DNA of 64,000 nt from Guillardia theta CCMP2712. Its lineage: Eukaryota; Protista; Cryptophyta. Shown piece by piece: positions 11,701 to 22,934 of the stretch. The DNA lies in NCBI RefSeq assembly GCF_000315625.1, contig NW_005434669.1, positions 221,238 to 285,237 on the forward strand, in the 5' to 3' direction. The notes beneath the pieces were generated by a model. The model did no database searches, had not been told where the DNA came from, and saw only the letters and a list, made by a program, of their open reading frames with translations. Both the position numbers and the translations under genes were made by a program. Each line of letters opens with the position of its first letter. Position 1 is the first letter of the stretch.

Positions 11701-14700
11701 TTTTGTCTCCCTTGTTCCCTCGCTTTCTCTCTCTTCGCATCTGACTTCAATGATGTCAAGGAGAACTAAGGAATTCAATGTGTCGACACGAGAGCGTCCC
11801 AACGACATCCAAAATTGGTTGGCGTTTGTGAACCTTCAGGTCGTTAGCCAGCGGAGCTCTCGGTAATGGAAAGAATCCTTCTCTGACCTGATGGCAGGAT
11901 GAGTTCTTCAAGCTGTACAACAGGAAAAATCAGATGGGTGAATTCCCTTGCTGAGTTTTGTGTCGGCTGCTGACCTTGCACTAGCCATCACTGAGAAGAA
12001 AGTTGCGATCCTGATCCGAGCTCTCAAGGAGAATCCAAAGTGATTAAAGACGTGTTTGCACCTTGGAAGATGACTGATACAGCATGTTTCTGACAGGAAC
12101 GAGGAGCTGCTCGTGAAATATCTTGAAACCATTCAGGGCCAGGTAGACTTTGTCGCTGTTTCTTTTCGTCGTTTTGTGATGTTCCCCCTCGATCAGTTGG
12201 AGCCTGAGAAAGTTCAAAGTTTATGGGAGGCGGTCGTTGCAAAACACTCCAACAAACCTAATTTATGGAGAGCGTACTTGATGCACAGAAGGTGAGGAGA
12301 ATTTCAAACATGGGAAGGTGATTTTGAGATCTCACTTATGTCTTTTACAGATCCAACTTTAAATCTTTTGAGGCGAGTTCCTCCACCTCCACCTCCACCT
12401 CCACCTCCACCTCCACCTCCACCTCCACCTCCACCTATATCTCCACCTCCACCTATATCTCCACCTCCACCTCCACCTCCACCTCCACCTCCACCTATAT
12501 CTCCACCTCTACCTCCACCTCTACCTCCACCTCCACCTCTATCTCTCTACTTCACCTCCTCCTCCTCCTCCACCTTCCTTTCCTTCCTTTCTTCATACCA
12601 ACATTCTGAAAGATGATCACTCACAGATGAGCTCCGTGCGGGCTGCTTACGTGACTGCCATACGAGCAATGAGGAACTGGAGAGATCGGAGTCGGAGTGA
12701 GAGGTGAGAAAGAAGAACGAAGATGTTGATGCAGACCATGCGAATGATTCTGGAAGAGGGAGGAGGAGGAGGAGGAGGAGGAGGAGGAGGAGGAGGAGGA
12801 GGAGGAGGAGGAGGAGGACACGCGGAGAAGGGGAGATACAGGAAGAGGAGGAGCAGAAGGAGCAGAGGATGAATATAATGAATAGGATTTCAGAGGCCAT
12901 AAGTGACCAGAGTAAGGACTGCTGAATGATTGCTCGCAGGGAAATCTTGGAGACAGAAGAGTCGATGATCAGCTTGTTGGAGCAGCTGTTTGAGGTGAAT
13001 TGTATTCCTTGTCGCAACTCTCCACTTATCCACCTCTTTCCCCGTCCTTCACTACCGCTCCCGCTCCTCCACTTACTCTCATCTATTCACCTCATCCGTC
13101 AATTCTGTACAATCCCTTCACCAAACATCTTCTCGTCCTTTTCTCTGTCTTCATTCTCATTGCGTTTCCCTATAATCTTCTTCTCCTGCCCCTTGTTCTC
13201 ACTTTGAGTAGTTCGAGCGACATGCGGGCTTCGAGGAGAGAGGGTTGGCTCTCTTGCAAGCTCTGGTCGAATTCAACTGTTTCTGCCCTGCTAAATTCGC
13301 TCGCGATGAGAGCGAGGCAAGAAGATTCTTCCAAATGTTTTGGAGGAGCGAAGCTCCTCGGATAGGTAATCATCCCTTTCTATAAACCCCCTGTCCACTC
13401 TCTCTGCTTCCTTTTCTCCTCTCCCCCCCTCTGCTCTGCTCCGCTCTCCTCACGTCCCCTCCTTCCCTTTCCTCTGCTCTGCTCTGCTCTCTCGTTACCT
13501 GAGCTGTGCTTGTCTTCACCTCCTGCCTCAGCTGACCCTGATTCTGATGAATTTGAAAGGGGAGGACAACGCTGGAGGATTTGATCAGTGGGTGCAGCAG
13601 CAGCAGCAGCAGCAGCAGCAGCCGCAGCAAAAAGAGACGAGCAGCGCCTGGGGAGAGATCTTTACAACTCAGTCTACTGGACAGGAGGAGGAGGAAGCAG
13701 AGGGGGAGGGGAGAGATTTACAGCTTCCTCATCAGGAGAGTGGGACAGAGGAGCTCGGGGCCAACAAGGAAGACATGGAGGAGGAGCGGAACGGAGAGGA
13801 CAGGAAGACAGGTAGCGATTCCGACGACAAGTCTTCGGAGGGGGATAGCGAGGACGCGAGCGAGGCAGAGAGCTGGGAGGGGGAGGACGTTCAGTTCTGC
13901 GAGATCTGCACAAGGATCAAGGCGATTGTCTCCTGTGTGGAGTGCGGGTGTGTGCTGTGTGGTCAATGCAGCAATGAGATCCACCGTCAGACGATTTCCA
14001 AGCATTCGGTAATGATAGACATGGAGATGGAGATGGAGATGCAGATGATGGTTGTGATAATGATGATGTGCATAATGATGACGCCATTGATGACAAAGGA
14101 GACGATCGATTTGTTCGCTTCTCGTGCAAACTTTCACATTTTCAACACTGCTTCTCATCAGTCCTTGACTTTGAATGTCGCCAGGTGCTTCCCATCAGCG
14201 CGAAGATCATCCAGCAGCAGCAGACCGAGGAGGACAGGTCGTTCGTCTTGTCGGTTGGCAGACGGCAGGACTGACGGAGGGGTTAGAGCGAGGATGGTGC
14301 AGGAGGAGAACGAGAAAGTTCAGCGATGGTTTGAGACCTGGGTGGAGGAGGAAGACAACCGGTCGTATGCCCAATGGCAGCCCCTCAAGCCCAACAAGGT
14401 TTAACTGTCTCCACCCACTGCTGCTTTTCCTGCTCTTGCTCCCCCAGCTCCCACTCCGTTCTCTTCCCCCTCTGCTCCTGCTCGTTGTCCCTGCTTCATC
14501 TGTTTTCCTCTTCTTTCTCCGCATCTCCTTCCTCTACCTCCGTCTTTTCAACCGCAGCCAATTGCTGCCTCCCTCACTGGTCTCGTACAGGATCCGGAGG
14601 ACTACGAGCTGGATCCAGATCGTGCGCTGCTGTATGAAGACGTCGAGGTCAACGCAGATGCTTACCTTGCTCGTCCTCACCCCTTGGCAGCCGGTCCTTT

Positions 14701-17700
14701 TCCGCCTCCTCCTCCCTCGCTCCAGGGCTGCTCTCGTCAAGCTTCTTATGCGCGCTCTCCGCGTTCCTCTGCCTGCTAGATGCAGCACGCAGCATCCTGT
14801 CTCCTTCACGCGCATGTATATATCAGAGGAGGCGTGCTGCCCCAAATTCGCCCCCTCCTCTGCTGCAGAGGCTCTTGAGGGAGAAAGAAGAAATCTCTGC
14901 TCCTGCGTCAACCTGCATGGGGGAGCTAGTGATTTCCACAACCTGCTGCATGATATGAGAGCAGGAGCTGGGTTCCTGACGGAGCTCGTTTCCTCCTACT
15001 CTTCACTCCCTGCACAGAGGGTGGAGTCATGGAATCCTTCTCTTTTCGTGAGGTGATCCGACGCTTCCTTTCCGTTGCCCTACTCCTCCTCCTCCCTGTC
15101 TTCCTCTCCTTCTTCTCATCTTCCTCTTCTTCCTTCTACTCACGACTCACTCTCAACCAAAAGGAGCGATAAGGATGGGAGACGATCGTTCGTCAACAAC
15201 TGCTGCCTCTTGCTCCTCTCCCGATTCTCGAGGGATCACGGTGAGCCCTGCTACATTCCTCGATTCTCCCCTCCTCTCCCCTCCTCTCCCCTCCCCTCCC
15301 CTCCCCTCCTCTCCCCTCTCCTCCCCTCCAACCCCTTTCTACCCANNNNNNNNNNNNNNNNNNNNNNNNNNNNNNNNNNNNNNNNNNNNNNNNNNNNNNN
15401 NNNNNNNNNNNNNNNNNNNNNNNNNNNNNNNNNNNNNNNNNNNNNCCTTCCAAGCCATGTCGCAATGGTCAGTCCCCTCCTCCGGTGCGGTGATCTAAAG
15501 TAGGATAGGGAGGGGACGCTGAGGCAGCTCGGGGGGAGCTGGGGAGGCGAAAAAGATCTGTTGGCCGCTATGCAGGTCTTCCTTGCCCTGCTCCTTCCTC
15601 TGGCCCCTCGTGCATTCATGTGTATTCCCTGAATTCCCTTTTCTTCCTCCTCTTCCCTTCCCTTTTCCCTCCCCCTCCCCCCCTTCCCGTCTAAATTCTC
15701 TCATCATCTTCATCTTCCTCCTCCTATTCTTCTCCACTTCCCTTCCTCCTCGCTATCTCCGCCTATCTGCTATGACGCCTCCTCTAGATTGCAGGCAATC
15801 CCAACTCGGACATGGCTGGATGGCCCATCCTGTGCAAGACGCTGCTCGACTTGGAGCTCGGGTTGGGGCATTGGGGAGGGAGCAAGGCAGTGGACAAGAG
15901 CACAGAAGCTGCAGCTCTCGTGATCCTGACCTGCGTGACTGATCCCTCCTCTTCCTCTCTCCTCCTCTCTCCTCCTCCGAATGGTTTGACTCGTCCAAAC
16001 CCCATCGCTCTTGTCAAGGTCTGTCAAAAGTACTCGTCCTCTGCTCCTGCTACAAGTTTTGCTGCTGCTGTTCCCTCTTTCTTTCTTCTTCCCTTTCTTC
16101 TCTCCTCTTGCTCCTCGCTCAATCGCTCACTCGCGCAGACGAGAAAGGCCTTCGACGCTCTGTTCGAGGAAGTTAAAGCGAAGGCAGAGCAAGCGCCCCA
16201 GGTTTATACTGCAGGACATGACGATGCCGATGAAGATGAAGATACCCATGACGATGGGGATGATGATGATGACATTGATGATGACGACGATGCTGATGTT
16301 ATTGTCGTGGCGATGATGTTGATTGTCAAATTACTGTTATAAGATCAATCTGTGAAAGGATACATACGATGTTCTGTTTTCGTAAGGTACTTTTCGTCCT
16401 GATGTGAGATTTGCTCCAGGAAGGGCACGGCCCCGTGGTCGATGTGATTGGCCTTGCAATCTTACAATCGGCCGTCTGGTTCGAATATTTTGCATCAGGT
16501 ATGCTTGTGAATTAATCTTGTTAATCAGCATTATCACTACCACCACGACTAACAATACCACAATCAATTTTATCATCATCATGACCATTATCATCATTAC
16601 GATAACCAACACCAACATCGCTGTTGCTCTCTTCTCACTCACTTCTCATTCTCGTCTCATTCTCATTGGCACACCTTGACGCATGTCTTGCAGGCGTTCA
16701 ATCTGCCATGGCAACATTTGAGAAACAAGTCTCAATCATCTTCACAGTTGTCAATGTCTCATCGGTACAGCATGGTACATCTCTTGTCCTTGTTGAATCT
16801 TCTTCACTTCCCTTCCATTTACAGGCTTCAGTAAGATCGCCGACACAAGAGCAAAAGAAGGAGCGTCATGGGCTGAGGAAGAATGGTACTGCCTGCCTCG
16901 CTCTGTGGTCCCCCTCTCCCTTCGCGCTGTCCTCCTCCTCGTCCTCCTCGTCCTCCTCGTCCTCCTCGTCCTCCTCTTCCATCCCCATCCTCGTCATCCC
17001 CTCTCAACTTCTTGTGTCCATCTCTGTGCTATTTCCCTTCCTCCTCCTTCCTCCCCTTCCTCACCTCACCTATGATGCAGCTACATGGGAATGTTTTCTC
17101 TCCTCATGTTCCATTCCAAACATTTCGCGCTTCCTCCGGGCGACATGAGGTGCTGGTCTTGCCCGTTGAGTTGCGAATTCACTTCCTTGCAGACGCTTTT
17201 TGCAACGAGCGCTCGCGAAGTATCCTTGCAACGGGATCTTCTTTCGGGTTAGGGTTGGGGAGGAGGAGAGGAGAGGAGAGGAAGGAGGAGGAGGAGCGGA
17301 GAGGGAGGAGGGGGAGGAGGGGGAGAGGCAGAAGGCAGGAGAGGAGGGGGAAGGGGAGGGGGAGAGGGAGGAGGAGGAGGCTCACGATGGATCATCGCAG
17401 GCGTTTGTGATGCTTGAAGAACGCTTCGGTCTCTCGCACACAGTTCGAGCTCATTGGGAGAAAACTTGGGACACCTCGGCTGAAAAAGATCCTTCCATAC
17501 CCGGTCCTCCATCCCCTCCTCCTCTCTTTCCTCCTGTTCTTCCACTCCTTCACCTCCCCTTGCTCACTGTTGCCCTCCTGCCTTCCTTGCGTCTTGCGCG
17601 CTGTCTGCTCTTCATCCAGGCACCCCCTCCCCTGATCCTCTCCTCTCCTCCCTCTTCTCTCCTCCTCCTTCTTCCCTCCTCCCGTCTCGTCACCTCACAG

Positions 17701-18670
17701 GCCGCAGGCCCCCCACCCTCCATCGTCCTTGAGATGATCAGCTTTGAGATCCGACGAGGATGCGCTCAGAGGGCTCGTGGGGTGCTGGAGAGGGCTCTGC
17801 AACGAGCAGAGACGAAGCACATCCCCCTCCTCTGGCGTGCCTACATGGACCTCGAGGTGTGGAGAGAGAGAAGGTTTTAAGAGGAACGAAGAAGAGTACG
17901 GCAGGGGCAGGGGCACGAGGAAGAGACGGGGCAGGGGGAGGGGCAGGGAGAGGAGGAAAAGCAGGGGTAGGGGGAGGGGGAGGGGGAAGAGCAGGGGGAG
18001 GGGGAGGGGGAGGGGGAGGGGGAGGGGAGGAAGTGAATTAGGTGGCAGGTTGACAACGGCCGACCGGATGCAGCAAAGAGAGTCTTCTACCGTGCGATTA
18101 ATGGCTGCCCTGGCTCCAAGGTCAGTGTTTCCTTCATCCACTGCCCCGCCCTGCACATCCCGCCTCTCTGCTCCTCCTCCTGCTCCTCCTCCTGCTCCTC
18201 CTCCTCCTCCTGCACTTCCTGGTCCTGGTCCTGGTCCTCCTGGTCCTGGTCCTGGTCCTGGTCCTGGTCCTGGTCCTGGTCCTGCTCCAGCTGCTCCAGC
18301 TCCAGCTCCTCCTCCTGCTCCTTCTCGTTCTACTCTAATTCCATCGTGCTATTCCTTCAGGCCGTGTGGCTCTATGCCTTCAGAAATGAGCAGATCCGCA
18401 AGCAGTTCAACAAGACGGTCCTGCCTCCCCTCTTTGCCCCCTCATCGAGTCCCCCCCTTGATTCTCACCTCTTCTCTTGCTCCCCTCCCTCTCTTCCCCT
18501 CCTCCTCCCTCCTCCCTCTTCCCTCCAATTCCCCTTCATCCCCTTCCATCCTCTCTTCCTCCCCTCAGCTCGCACTTGTTGCTAAGGCTCCTTCCTGCAG
18601 GAGCTCGGAGAGATCAACCAGATGCTCACGTCCAAGGGGCTTCGCATCCGCACGCTGCTGGAGGAGGTAG
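10286..18670 (+). CDS. NRDE2: NRDE-2 (nuclear exosome regulator / nuclear RNAi factor) homolog, many exons, spans a gap
   Basis: FFDRIGDK-ANLEYG...DVPMYR, RTKEFNVSTRERPNDIQNWLAFVNLQDEF, EKKVAILIRALKENP, LWRAYL, FWRSEAPRIG, KRVFYRAINGCPGSK-AVWLYAF and KGLRIRTLLEEV* match recalled NRDE2 conserved blocks. Confidence 0.85.
11647..11700. repeat. (TCTG)n microsatellite in NRDE2 intron
   Basis: Direct tandem array. Confidence 0.95.
12380..12540. repeat. (CCACCT)n hexamer array in NRDE2 intron
   Basis: Direct tandem array with a few variants. Confidence 0.95.
15346..15445. other. Assembly gap (100 N); others at 43159-43258 and 49594-49693
   Basis: Runs of n, each next to or near simple repeats. 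Confidence 1.
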
Positions 18671-19432
18671 GAGGGCGAAGGGGCTGCTCCTCTCCTCACG
18701 TTCTTGCAGGTCTTCCCCGATGATGTTCTTGACAGCCTCAAGCTCAAGAAGTAGTAAAAGCCATGATGATCCTGCCATCAGTATCAGCCTAGTATGCTCC
18801 CCCCGTCCTCGCAACTTGACCGTGTCCGTCCAACGGTTCAACGGTTCGATCTGATCGGATCAGCACTGATCCCCCCCCTCAGATTTCTAAAAGACTTGAA
18901 GGCCTCCCAGGCTGCTTTGACTTAAGTCAAGGTCACTAGCTGCTTTGACTAAGTCAAGGTCACAAGCTGCTAGTCCTCGTCAATTGCCGCCATTGCGCGC
19001 ACTGAACTTTGAGTAAACGGGTTCTGGAACTCTTACGTTCTCAGTGCCTCGAGTGCTTCCTAGTTCGGATTCCCCGACTCCCGGCCCGGCCCGGTGTTCA
19101 TGTTTCAGGCTCGCCTCAAATCCTCCCCGATGGCAGGTTGCATTGTGGGTGGACGGAGGCGAGGGAGGGGAAGGGAGGAGGCATGGCGATTGAGATGGAA
19201 GGCGAACTGATACGGGGCTGCTCGATGAGACAGCCTGAAGAGAATACAGGAAGTGGGGGCACATGATGGTGCTGTTGTCGAGGAGGAGCAGACAATTGCG
19301 CTGATCGTCGCTCGTTAGAACATCTGGATGGTGGATAGAGGTCCTCCCACTTGCGTTCGATCTTGTCGAATCCTTGGATGCTTCTCCTATCACCGCGCTA
19401 GGCTCCTCGCAAAGCACTGAATTTGATGGGAG

Positions 19433-22400
19433 ATGTGCTATGCTCGCTTTCTTATGGCGTTGATGTTGGTTTGCTGGATTCAACAGGATTACTCCTGCTC
19501 TGCTGACGAGCAGCAGTATCCATCCTTGTGCAAGACACATCACGCTTCAGACTGTAGCCTTGGTTGCAGCGACCACGCTTCTTTGTATTCGAGTTGCTGG
19601 CATGCCTCGTTCATCCTGGCAAGTGTTCCAAGAGGAGGGGGTGGCGATCATGGCGAAGATGGGAAGCTGACGGTAGGAGATGCAGGCAATTCAGAGATGT
19701 TTCTGATCGCTCTGAAACAGAACATGCAAGGCAACAAATCTTCATGTGATTCTCAGGATACTCAGAATGGAAAATTGAAGGATGGTGAGGATCTCGCCAC
19801 CCCGTTCCTCCAGCGAAGGTGATCGAACGCTATGAGGTGGAAAATCTTTATATTAAACGAGATCTCATTTACCAGGGCATCCAATATTCGGTTGTCAAGG
19901 TGCCAGGTTGAAGACTGTGGTGAGGACATCTCAAGCTGCCTGATTGTTCTCAATATTTCCGCCAACAACCCCTTGTTGCAGAGAAAGCCGCAAGCTATGC
20001 CGACGAGAACGAGTCACGGCCAAGATATTGCGCACAGCACAAGGTTGTCTGGTGCTAGGATGTTCTTGCAGCTGAGTCTGCTGATCGGTTCGATCTTCAA
20101 GGAGCCTCACCATGTCGACGTTCGCCACCGACATGTCCGATGTCAGTCATTGACCGGCTGTACCCGACAGGTATGGCCAGGTCAATGTTGTTGCGACTCT
20201 GAACCCGACAAGGGATTGTTTGCTCGGACCTCCTCGCCCAAGACTCGCTATTGCTCACTGCACAGAACATCTTCAATGGTAAAGGCGACCGTCAGCTCAA
20301 GTCGAAAGAATGACGCCGCTCAGGTTGATGTTCAGAGCAAGAGATGTTGCGAAGAGGGTTGCCAAGAGCGGTTTGTGCTTTGTGGTCCAGATGACCCGCT
20401 GATTCACTGAAAGGGCGCTGTGGGTAGATGCAGATTCCAAGAAAGGGTGAGGCGATGCAGCATGCTGATAGGGACCCTCACGAATTGCGGAGCAGGTTTT
20501 GCTCGGCGCATCGCAAGCCTGGATACGTCGATCTGTTTCACAAGAAGTGTATGGTTGGTGCTTTTGACGGAACTGATCAGATTTAGTGACTTGTCTCACC
20601 AGCACCCGGAGGGCTGCTTGAGGATCGCTGCTTACACCGTGAGTTTCATCTGGCACTTGCAGATTGCTCGAAGAAGTTTTTACCTTCGCTGTGCCTGTGC
20701 TCGAAGGAAAGAAACTGAAATCCCACGTGTGGTAGTTGCCGGGCAGCAATGCCCCTTTCTTCTGTTCCCTGCACAAAGATTGCGCATCACAATCGATGGA
20801 GAAGACCTGCCAAGTAACATCTCTTGGAGAAACACAACATATTACGTCGTGATGCATTGCTTCAGATTCCCGGATGTTTGAACAGACCTGTGTTTTCATG
20901 GTCACGCAACGAAACCGCCACCCATTGCAAGCTGCACAGGCAAAGAGTGTGGAACAGAGTTAAAGTGTGTGATGAAATGCCTAGACGTCCAGAACAGATT
21001 CAGAAGCGATCTCGCGTGTGCTACGCTGACGGCTGTTGCAAACAGCCGACGTTCGGGTGAAATGCACTCAGAAAACTCAACGATCATTTACTTGCAACTT
21101 TCCCCCATCAGCAACACCTCTGACCCTGTTCCTGTCGCCTGCAAGTTTCATCGTCTGCCGCATCATATCGACGTTGTCAACAAGAGATGTCAATTCCAAG
21201 GTCCCGAGGTCTGAGGCGAATCTCCTGCTTACCTTCCTCTCATCCAGGTTGTCTCCGCCGGCCAAGTTTTGGCCAAGAGAGCACACGGGTGATGCTTTTC
21301 TGTGGACTACACGCAAACAGGTAGCCGTTCCCTCTCTTTCTTTTCTCACCTTGCTCTCCTCTTCCTGCACTCCCCTCCTCCCCTCCTCCTCTCTTGCCCT
21401 CCTCTCGTTCTCCATCCAGTCCCTCATCCTCTTCCTTCGTGCCCCCCTGACTCTCTACCGCAGATCCCAGCACGTGGACCTGCGGCATGCGAAGTGTCGT
21501 AGCCCTGAAGTCTGCAGCCGCTTAGCCACCTACGGCTTCCTCCAGGACGGCATCGCAAGATTCTGCGCGCATGTGACGCCTCTTCCTCGTCCTCTTGCTC
21601 TTCGTCCTGCTGCTCCTCGTCCTGCTGCTCCTCGTCCTCCTTTCTGATCCTGGTTGGTAACAGCACCAGGAGAGCAACATGGTCTGCTTGCCCAAGTACA
21701 AGTGCGACATCGTTGCTTGCACAAACAAACCCAACTTCAAGAAACCATTGGTTGCCCGCCACCCTCTCTCTGCCTCTGCCTCTGCCTCTGCCTCTGCCTC
21801 TGCCTCTGCCTCTGCCTCTGCCTCTGCCTCTGCCTCTGCCTCTGCCTCTGCCTCTGCCTCTGCCTCTGCCTCTGCCTCTGCCTCTGCCTCTGCCTCTGCC
21901 TCTGCCTCTGCCTCTGCCTCTGCCTCTGCCTCTGCCTCTGCCTCTGCCTCTGCCTCTCCCCCGCCTCTTCTTCACTCTTCCCCCTCGTTTCCCTCTCCCT
22001 TTCTCTCCTGGTCTCCTTACCTTTCCTCACCTTCTTCTGACTGCCTTGCAGTTTTCTGGGAACGATCGATTTTTATTGTGCAAGTATGACTACTCTTCTT
22101 TTGATTCTTTCCCACGATTTCTTCTATCGTCTCTCTTCAGCGCACTTCCAATCCTTCGTTATCCCTGCTCGCCATTCCTCACCTCCTAGCTCCTCCTCTC
22201 TTCCCCCTTCGTTTCTTGTCCCTCTGACTGTCATCTCATCTCTTCCTTCAGGTCGCATTACGCAGACTTCTTGCAAGGCCGTGTGGACGAGTCGCACACG
22301 CGATATCAGAGCGTGTCTAGCTCAGCGTCTCAAGAGCCTCTGACTTGATTCGTCAGTCAATATCTCTTACTTCATTTTAATGAATCTCTCTCATGTGACC

Positions 22401-22550
22401 TCCCGGCCGGTGGCGAAGCCTTCGGAAAAGCGTCAGCATGGACAAGACCATCCGGACCTGCAGTAGTGAAGGACTTGAAGGATCCGAAATCTTCCTTTCA
22501 GGGCGGTTCAGTTCGTCCAGAGTTTAGTTTGAAAGGCTCCACGCGAGTTG
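19433..22550 (+). CDS. EsV-1-7 cysteine-rich repeat protein (multi-exon; 3' end approximate)
   Basis: Repeated C-x3/4-C...P.FG......C..H.....VDV...RC units, e.g. RVCYADGCCKQPTFG, PVACKFHRLPHHIDVVNKRCQFQG, HVDLRHAKCRSPEVCSRLATYG...RFCAH. Confidence 0.7.
21769..21957. repeat. (TCTGCC)n hexamer array in intron of EsV-1-7 gene
   Basis: About 31 perfect units. Confidence 0.95.
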
Positions 22551-22934
22551 AGTAAAAGTTACGATCTAGCGAGCAGGAATGCAGCGGAGAGAGGGGGGAA
22601 AGGGGGTGAGGAGGGAGGACGTGAAGCAGAGGGGGGTGTGATGTGACGTGTCGTAGCTACTCCTCTACCTTCTAGTCTTGTTATGATCTACTCTCACGTT
22701 GCTCTCAAACATGCTCGATGCGTTTGTTTCATGAGGGCAATGCCAACGCTATGCTGTGATATTGGCAGGAGCCGCTTGGTGCCTTGAGCTTTTGTTTCGC
22801 TCATTTGTCCTCTGGATAGAAGCTTCGGCCTAGCCTCAATAATATCTTACAGTGCATGTGGTTTAAGCCATCCCTCCTCTCTTGTCACCTGCACCTCTTG
22901 ATTCGTAATGCCCATTATGTTCAGGTTGCCTGCA

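Noticed and set aside
17744-18670. 308-aa ORF with RG repeats and PGPGPG (collagen/RGG-like)
   Set aside because: Read-through of intronic microsatellites in NRDE2; the true exons are in other frames.
21424-22189. (RG)n, (SA)n, (LP)n, (QR)n ORFs
   Set aside because: Translations of an intronic (TCTGCC)n array.
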